Shown one piece after another: positions 58,501-64,000 of a stretch of DNA of 64,000 nt. Position 1 is the stretch's first letter, and each line of letters opens with the position of its first letter. The stretch is from an uncultured delta proteobacterium. GTDB lineage: Bacteria; Desulfobacterota; BSN033; UBA1163. Below the pieces are notes generated by a model that saw only the letters and a program-made list of their open reading frames with translations, was not told the origin of the DNA and did no database searches. Location: positions 2,138-66,137 of the forward strand of contig CAVPSJ010000011.1 in NCBI GenBank assembly GCA_963708295.1, read 5' to 3'. The position numbers and the translations under genes are program-made.

Positions 58501-58626
58501 GAAAATTCGAAATTCGAATATCGAAATTCGAAACAACTCCGAAAGTCACAGGAACAAATGACCCAAGAATTGTTTAGGATTTTGAAATTTGAATTTGTTT
58601 CGGATTTCGAATTTCGTGCTTAGAAT
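58501..58626 (+). repeat. TTCGAAAT-family inverted-repeat element, copy A (between fabG and acpP)
   Basis: The left end AAAATTCGAAATTCGAATATCGAAA is identical over 25 nt to copy B. The right end is TGAATTTGTTTCGGATTTCGAATTTCGTGCTTAG. The two arms are imperfectly reverse-complementary. Confidence 0.7.
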
Positions 58627-58650
58627 TCAATCCATTGAGGAGGTGATTCC

Positions 58651-58887
58651 ATGTCTATCGAAAAGAGGGTCAAAGAGATTATTGTGGAGCAATTAGGCGT
58701 GAACGAGAACGAAGTGAATCCAGGGGCAAAATTCGTCGACGACCTGGGAGCAGATTCTCTCGATTTGGTGGAGCTGGTCATGGCTCTGGAGGAGGAGTAC
58801 AATATAGAAATCTCCGATGAAGAGGCAGAAAAGATCCTGACGGTCGGGGACGCCATTGAGTATATCCAAACCCATGTCACTCAATAG
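58651..58887 (+). CDS. acpP: Acyl carrier protein
   Basis: The ORF contains [18 protein letters not shown]. It is 78 aa. Confidence 0.95.
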   Translation: MSIEKRVKEIIVEQLGVNENEVNPGAKFVDDLGADSLDLVELVMALEEEYNIEISDEEAEKILTVGDAIEYIQTHVTQ

Positions 58888-58926
58888 GGTTTTTTGTCCG
58901 GTCCCGCCTGAAGGAGGTGCAGCATC

Positions 58927-60168
58927 TTGGGAAGAAGAGTTGTGGTTACCGGAATGGGGTTGGTGATTCCCGCAGGAATTGGAGTCAAAGCCGTGTGGGA
59001 AAATATCTGCGAAGGCAAGTCGGGCATCGGTCCCCTCACACGCTTCGATACGAACGGGTTTGAGACAAAGATTGCAGCGGAAGTGAAGAACTTCAACCCG
59101 GAGCTGTACATCGATAAGAAAGAGATCAAAAAAATGGATCTCTTCATTCAATATGCCATCGGGGCGGCCAAAGAAGCCCTCGAGGACGCCCAGTTGTCCA
59201 TTACCCCGGAGAACTCCGAACAGATCGGTGTGATTGTGGGGACAGGCCTGGGGGGGTTGCCCAGCATTGAAAGATACCACAAAGTCCTTTTAGAGAAGGG
59301 ACCGAGTCGTATAACCCCATTTTTCATCCCGATGCTTATCGCCAATATGGCATCGGGGCAGATTGCGATCCAATTTGGTCCCAAAGGGCCAAATACCTGC
59401 GTGGTGACAGCTTGCGCGACAGGAGGACATTGTATCGGAGATGCATTCCGTGCGATTGTTTACGGGGACGCGGAAGCGATGATTACAGGCGGGACGGAGG
59501 CCAATATCACTCCGCTGACCATCGGCGGATTTAATGCAATGAAGGCCCTTTCGACGAGGAATGACCAACCCGAGAAGGCCAGCCGCCCCTTTGAGAAGAA
59601 TCGGGACGGGTTTGTAGTCGCAGAGGGTTCAGGAATTCTTATTTTGGAGGAACTGCAGTTCGCACTAAAACGAAAGGCCAGGATCCATGGGGAATTGATC
59701 GGCTATGGTTACACGGGGGATGCTTACCATATCACTGCTCCTTCCCCGGACGGCGACGGTGCCGTACGATGCATGAGGATGGCCATGAAAGACGCTCGAC
59801 TAAAACCGGAGGATGTGGATTACATCAATGCTCATGGAACCTCTACCTCCCTCAATGATCTGACTGAAACCATCGCTATTAAGCGGGTATTTGGCGATCA
59901 TGCCAAGAGGGTGCCGATCAGTGCGACCAAATCGATGACCGGCCATCTCTTGGGGGCAGCCGGGAGCACCGAAGCCATTTTCACCGTTTTATCCCTTCGG
60001 GATGGGATCATGCCTCCTACCATCAACTATGAGGAAGCCGACCCACAATGTGATCTAGACTATGTTCCCAACGAGGCCAGGCGGAAGCCTTTGAAGATCG
60101 CTATGTCCAACGCCTTCGGATTTGGCGGAACGAATGCGACGCTCGTGTTCAAAAAGTTTGAAGGATAA
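58927..60168 (+). CDS. fabF: 3-oxoacyl-ACP synthase II
   Basis: The ORF contains RRVVVTGMG, ACATG, HGTSTSLND, SMTGHLLGAAG and FGFGGTNA. It uses a TTG start with RBS GAAGGAGG. Confidence 0.95.
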   Translation: MGRRVVVTGMGLVIPAGIGVKAVWENICEGKSGIGPLTRFDTNGFETKIAAEVKNFNPELYIDKKEIKKMDLFIQYAIGAAKEALEDAQLSITPENSEQIGVIVGTGLGGLPSIERYHKVLLEKGPSRITPFFIPMLIANMASGQIAIQFGPKGPNTCVVTACATGGHCIGDAFRAIVYGDAEAMITGGTEANITPLTIGGFNAMKALSTRNDQPEKASRPFEKNRDGFVVAEGSGILILEELQFALKRKARIHGELIGYGYTGDAYHITAPSPDGDGAVRCMRMAMKDARLKPEDVDYINAHGTSTSLNDLTETIAIKRVFGDHAKRVPISATKSMTGHLLGAAGSTEAIFTVLSLRDGIMPPTINYEEADPQCDLDYVPNEARRKPLKIAMSNAFGFGGTNATLVFKKFEG

Positions 60169-60172
60169 CAGG

Positions 60173-60625
60173 ATGCAGATTGGGGTGGCCTGTGACCATG
60201 GAGGCTTTGAGCTCAAGGAGGAGTTGAAACCCTTCCTGAAATCTATCGGCGTCGAACCGATTGACATGGGTACCTTCAGTGAAGAATCCGTGGATTATCC
60301 GGATTTCGGCGTCCTGGTGGCGGAAAGAGTTTCACGAGGAGAGTTGGAAAAGGGGATCCTGATCTGTGGTACCGGCATCGGGATGTCGATGGTGGCAAAC
60401 AAGTTCCCGAGAATTAGAGCGGCCCTGGCCAACGATCTTTTCTCTTCCCGTTGCAGTCGAGAGCATAATGATGCCAATATCTTGATTATCGGGGGCCGAA
60501 TCGTAGGGAAGGAGCTCGCAAAAGAAATCGTAAGAGTTTGGCTGGAGACCCCTTTTGCCGAAGGAAGACACAAAAGGCGACTGGAAAAAATCGAGACCCT
60601 TGAAAGGGAAAAATTCAAGGGATGA
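60173..60625 (+). CDS. rpiB: Ribose-5-phosphate isomerase B
   Basis: The ORF begins MQIGVACDHGGFELKE and contains GILICGTGIGMSMVANK. The ATG at 60173 is used rather than the track start, which overlaps fabF. Confidence 0.9.
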   Translation: MQIGVACDHGGFELKEELKPFLKSIGVEPIDMGTFSEESVDYPDFGVLVAERVSRGELEKGILICGTGIGMSMVANKFPRIRAALANDLFSSRCSREHNDANILIIGGRIVGKELAKEIVRVWLETPFAEGRHKRRLEKIETLEREKFKG

Positions 60626-60678
60626 CATTCAGCGATTTTGGCTCCTGGCATAAACTGGCAAGATGTATGATGTGGTTT

Positions 60679-60825
60679 GTAAAATTCGAAATTCGAATAT
60701 CGAAACCCGAAACAAATCCTAAACCAAATGACCAGATTTCCCAACCTTTTCTCCCTCCGGTTTTGAGTTTCATGCTTCGGTTATTTGAATTTGTTTCGAA
60801 TTTCGAATTTCGTGCTTCGTATTTC
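60679..60825 (+). repeat. TTCGAAAT-family inverted-repeat element, copy B (between rpiB and the dCMP deaminase gene)
   Basis: The sequence runs AAAATTCGAAATTCGAATATCGAAACCCGAAACAAATCCTAAACCAAATGACC ... TTTGAATTTGTTTCGAATTTCGAATTTCGTGCTTCGT. Confidence 0.7.
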
Positions 60826-60868
60826 AGGATGCGTGAGAACTTTTTAAGCATCCGTTGATGGCTCACCC

Positions 60869-61369
60869 TTGAAAGAGAAAGAGAAAAAAAACCTTTCCTC
60901 CTATCGCCCCTCTTGGGAAGAGTATTTCATGGACATCACTCATCTCGTTGCTAAACGGTCGACCTGTTTGCGAAGGCAGGTTGGAGCTGTCCTCGTCAAA
61001 GACAAGAAAATCCTGGCGACGGGTTATAACGGGGCCCCTTCCAGGTTGGAGCATTGTTTGGACACGGGCTGCCTTCGAGAGAAACAGGGGGTCCCTTCTG
61101 GAGAAAGACACGAACTCTGCCGTGGCCTTCATGCTGAGCAGAATGCCATTATTCAAGCCGCTTACCACGGAGTGGAAATCCGTGAGGCCACCCTTTTTTG
61201 TACAAACCACCCATGTATTATTTGCTCAAAAATGATCATCAATGCAGGGATTGAGAAAGTCGTCTTTGCAGCTGGCTACGCCGATGCCTTGGCAAAAAAA
61301 ATGTTGAAAGAGTCAGGGATAAAAATTGAAAATTTTGGTAGAAAATGGAGGAGGGAGGGTAGAAGGTAG
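60869..61369 (+). CDS. Deoxycytidylate (dCMP) deaminase / ComEB-like zinc deaminase
   Basis: The ORF contains [26 protein letters not shown] and [14 protein letters not shown]. The start codon is uncertain (TTG at 60869). Confidence 0.85.
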   Translation: MKEKEKKNLSSYRPSWEEYFMDITHLVAKRSTCLRRQVGAVLVKDKKILATGYNGAPSRLEHCLDTGCLREKQGVPSGERHELCRGLHAEQNAIIQAAYHGVEIREATLFCTNHPCIICSKMIINAGIEKVVFAAGYADALAKKMLKESGIKIENFGRKWRREGRR

Positions 61370-61422
61370 AGCGTGGAACCAAAGCGCCACGTTCCACATT
61401 CCACCTACCGCATTCGAACTCA

Positions 61423-61896
61423 ATGAAATGTCCCTTTTGTAGCCATCCTGAGAGTAAAGTCGTCGATTCCCGCCTGGGAAAGGATAAAGACACCATTCGG
61501 CGTAGAAGGGAATGTTTTGGTTGCCATAAACGATTTACTACGAGCGAAAGGGCAGAGGACGCCCTCCCGTTGGTCGTCAAGAAGGATGCCCGAAGAGAGC
61601 CGTTCAACCGCCTCAAAATCTTCAATGGCTTGAAAAGGGCCTGTGAGAAGAGGCCGATCAGCATCAACATGATTGAAAAGATTGTTAACCGCATCGAGCT
61701 CCATTTTCAGGAAAGAGGAGAAAGGGAAGTAAAGAGCTCTGAGATCGGGGAGCGTGTGATGGAGGAACTCCACCGTTTGGACGGAGTGGCTTATGTCCGC
61801 TTTGCTTCTGTCTATCGGCAGTTTAAAGATATTCAGGAATTCATGGACGAACTCAAAGATCTCCTCGGGAACAGGGAAGAAGCCAAGAAGAAGTAA
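61423..61896 (+). CDS. nrdR: Transcriptional repressor NrdR
   Basis: The ORF contains [17 protein letters not shown] and an ATP-cone region, [13 protein letters not shown]. Confidence 0.95.
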   Translation: MKCPFCSHPESKVVDSRLGKDKDTIRRRRECFGCHKRFTTSERAEDALPLVVKKDARREPFNRLKIFNGLKRACEKRPISINMIEKIVNRIELHFQERGEREVKSSEIGERVMEELHRLDGVAYVRFASVYRQFKDIQEFMDELKDLLGNREEAKKK

Positions 61897-61999
61897 TCTG
61901 GGTATGCGAAGCCCAAATTCCTTCCCACCGCAGACAAACACCACCAAGGGTTTGAAGTCCAAATGTCAAAAACTCCCGCTAACCCGGGACCAAATGGAT

Positions 62000-62188
62000 G
62001 TCAAAGTCCTAAATCCAAACCGTTTTTGATCGGAACGTGCCTCGTCCCGCCAAAGCGGGATAGGTGGGGCCAAGGGGCACCCTATGAACGAAATTTACTT
62101 TGCTCGCATCCGGCTCGTCATTGCGTGCCCGGGAAGCTCTGCCCTATGGGCGGGGAGCTTCACATTTCAGCCTTGGATTTAATTTGAC
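62000..62188 (+). repeat. Structured repeat core, copy 2, bounded by its own inverted repeat, directly 5' of ribD
   Basis: The arms are GTCAAAGTCCTAAATCCAA (62000-62018) and TTGGATTTAATTTGAC (62173-62188). The core is CCCGCCAAAGCGGGATAGGTGGGG ... GCCCTATGGGCGGGGAGCTTCACATTT, matching 33446..33582. Confidence 0.6.
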
Positions 62189-62243
62189 ATTAGAGCTTCG
62201 GCATTCGACATTTAGGTAATCGCTCTTCTTTAAAACTTGCCTT

Positions 62244-63359
62244 ATGAACGATGAACAGTGGATGAAGCGAGCTCTCCGGCTTGCTGAGGCGGGGAGAGGG
62301 AAGACTTCTCCTAATCCTATGGTAGGAGCGGTTCTGGTCAAAAGAGGCAAACCGGTCGGAGAAGGGTACCATGCAAGGGCAGGAGAGGCTCATGCAGAGA
62401 TTGTTGCGCTTCGGCAGGCAGGGAAGAAAGCCCGTGGAGCAGTGCTTTACGTTAACCTTGAACCCTGCACGCATTACGGCAGGACTCCTCCCTGTGTTCC
62501 CGAGGTCATTAAAGCGGGCGTGAAGGGAGTCGTCATCGGCATGGAGGATCCTAACCCGGTCGTCAATGGGAAAGGGATTGAAGCCCTAAGGAAATTCGGT
62601 CTTGAGGTTGATGTTGGGGTTTTGGAAAAGGAGTGCCGCAGGCTCAATGAGGCCTTTTGTAAATATATCCTGCAAAGAGAACCTTTTGTTATACTGAAGG
62701 TCGCTGCGACTCTGGACGGTAAGATAGCCACACGAGATGGCGATTCCAAATGGATTTCAGGGGAAACCTCACGACGTTTTGTACATAAGATGAGAGGCCA
62801 GGTCGATGGAGTACTCGTTGGCATCGGAACGATATTACAGGATGACCCGTTGCTTACGGCCCGGAGGAAGCTAGGAAGGGAGCCTTATCGAATTGTTCTG
62901 GACAGCCGATTGAAGATTCCGGAGAAAGCTAGGGTGTTTGAACATTCTCCCTCGGAAGTTATCCTTGCGACCACCCAAACAGCTTCCCGTGAAAAAATCG
63001 AGAGACTGGAGAAGAGAGGGGTTCGGGTGCTCATCCTCGATTCCAAAGAGGGGCGAGTGGATTTACGGTCATGTCTCACCAAGCTGGGGGAAATCGGGGT
63101 GATGAACCTTTTGGTGGAAGGAGGGAGCCAAATCAATGGCTCGTTTCTCGACGAAGGTTTAATCGACAAATTCCTCCTCTTTCTCTCTCCGAGATTGATG
63201 GGTGATCCACAGGCTATTGGGATCTTTAGTGGGAGAGGGGTATCCAACCTCAAGGAGGCAGTTGCCGTAAAAGAAATCAACATCAAGAGAACAGGGGAGG
63301 ATATATTTGTAGAAGGCTATTTGGAGTGGGGAGCGAGGTCATGTTTACCGGAATCATAG
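62244..63359 (+). CDS. ribD: Bifunctional riboflavin biosynthesis deaminase/reductase
   Basis: The ORF contains NPMVGAVLV, HAEIVAL, EPCTHYGRTPPC and KVAATLDGKIA. Confidence 0.95.
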   Translation: MNDEQWMKRALRLAEAGRGKTSPNPMVGAVLVKRGKPVGEGYHARAGEAHAEIVALRQAGKKARGAVLYVNLEPCTHYGRTPPCVPEVIKAGVKGVVIGMEDPNPVVNGKGIEALRKFGLEVDVGVLEKECRRLNEAFCKYILQREPFVILKVAATLDGKIATRDGDSKWISGETSRRFVHKMRGQVDGVLVGIGTILQDDPLLTARRKLGREPYRIVLDSRLKIPEKARVFEHSPSEVILATTQTASREKIERLEKRGVRVLILDSKEGRVDLRSCLTKLGEIGVMNLLVEGGSQINGSFLDEGLIDKFLLFLSPRLMGDPQAIGIFSGRGVSNLKEAVAVKEINIKRTGEDIFVEGYLEWGARSCLPES

Positions 63360-63994
63360 AAGATACAGGGAGAGTTTCGAGGATAGAGCACAGAGGACAA
63401 GGAATGAGGTTAATCCTTGAATTGCCACCTCATTTGACAGAAGTGCAACTTGGTGATAGTATTAATGTAAATGGTGTTTGTCTCACAGTTGTCCGGGAAA
63501 AAGGACAAGAAATTGAACTTGATCTGTCTCTGGAGACTCTTCAAAAAACTGCGTTGAGGGAACTGAAGGAACGAGACCAGGTTAATTTGGAAAGAGCCTT
63601 AAGGTTGACGGATCGACTGGGGGGACATATCGTTACGGGCCATGTGGATGGAATCGGGGATATTGTAGAGAGGAATGAGGAAAGAGATTTTCTTCGGTTG
63701 ACCATAAGAATTCCCGAATCCGTGTCAAGATATGTTGTGCAAAAAGGATCCATCACTATCGATGGAATCAGCCTAACGGTAAATGAATATCGGGGAGGGG
63801 AAATCGAGGTAACCCTGATTCCTTATACGATCGAAAAGACCACTCTCAGGCAAAAAAGGGCCGGAGACCGGGTCAATTTGGAAGGCGATATTTTGGGGAA
63901 ATATGTAGAAAAATTCATGGACCGTGGAGATCGAAGACCCGAACAAGTCGACCTGACTTTTCTAAAGGAACACGGTTTCATCAAGAGGGATTGA
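63341..63994 (+). CDS. ribE: Riboflavin synthase (alpha chain)
   Basis: The ORF begins MFTGIIEDTG and contains SINVNGVCLTV and the second lumazine-binding repeat SITIDGISLTV. Confidence 0.9.
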   Translation: MFTGIIEDTGRVSRIEHRGQGMRLILELPPHLTEVQLGDSINVNGVCLTVVREKGQEIELDLSLETLQKTALRELKERDQVNLERALRLTDRLGGHIVTGHVDGIGDIVERNEERDFLRLTIRIPESVSRYVVQKGSITIDGISLTVNEYRGGEIEVTLIPYTIEKTTLRQKRAGDRVNLEGDILGKYVEKFMDRGDRRPEQVDLTFLKEHGFIKRD

Positions 63995-64000
63995 GAGGTT

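Noticed and set aside
60643-60660. A sigma54-like motif, TGGCAT-aaactg-GCA, between rpiB and the dCMP deaminase gene
   Set aside because: The GG-to-GC spacing is one nucleotide shorter than canonical and the -12 element is weak. It abuts a repeat element. It is not reported as a promoter.
61897-62243. An FMN (RFN) riboswitch expected upstream of ribD
   Set aside because: I could not find the conserved RFN core segments (GGTGAAATTCC-type and AGTCCGGATG-type elements). The leader is occupied by the repeat element reported in the findings.

Overview
This is a bacterial chromosomal window of about 50% GC by eye. Most of it is housekeeping genes.

Main gene blocks:
- rpsF-ssb-like-rpsR, rplI-dnaB and yajC-tgt-queA.
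- purM, coaD-rsmD, mtnP-rlmN-ndk and trxB.
- nfu-nrdJ-fdx, and ispE-tRNA-Gln-prs-rplY-pth.
- ychF, argF-pyrB-pyrE, and yceD-rpmF-plsX-acd-fabD-fabG-acpP-fabF-rpiB.
- dCMP deaminase, nrdR, ribD and ribE.

Accessory stretches:
1. 1-7.2 kb holds a frameshifted tctCBA tricarboxylate transporter, a CocE/NonD hydrolase and an orphan solute-binding protein. A tungsten-type aldehyde:ferredoxin oxidoreductase with a MoaD-like protein follows.
2. 20.1-29.0 kb, between queA and purM, is a decaying Rhs/YD polymorphic-toxin island.
   - It contains a roughly 4.6 kb Rhs gene. The N-terminal third (signal peptide, TPR, C39 peptidase domain, double-glycine-like motif) is broken by about 10 frame disruptions. 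The C-terminal 747 codons are intact and include an unrecognised glycine-rich tip.
   - It also contains small membrane proteins that are candidate immunity genes, a start-less toxin relic, and a degraded orphan Rhs cassette bracketed by 41-bp direct repeats. One of those repeats belongs to a truncated IS200-like Y1 transposase.
   - A secreted YD + FG-GAP repeat protein completes the island.

Other unexplained structure:
- A family of intergenic inverted-repeat elements has arms built from roughly 8-nt periodic units such as TTCGAAAT.
- A second repeated structured core lies directly 5' of rsmD and ribD.
- An in-frame internally deleted enolase is present.
- An acyl-CoA dehydrogenase sits where fabH is normally found in the fab operon.
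- A diadenylate cyclase has a pyruvate-kinase-C-like N-terminal domain.
- Two sigma54-type promoters precede uncharacterised small or membrane proteins.

No rRNA, CRISPR array or recognisable riboswitch was seen. All calls come from reading the ORF translations and the DNA by eye. No database search or computation was run.
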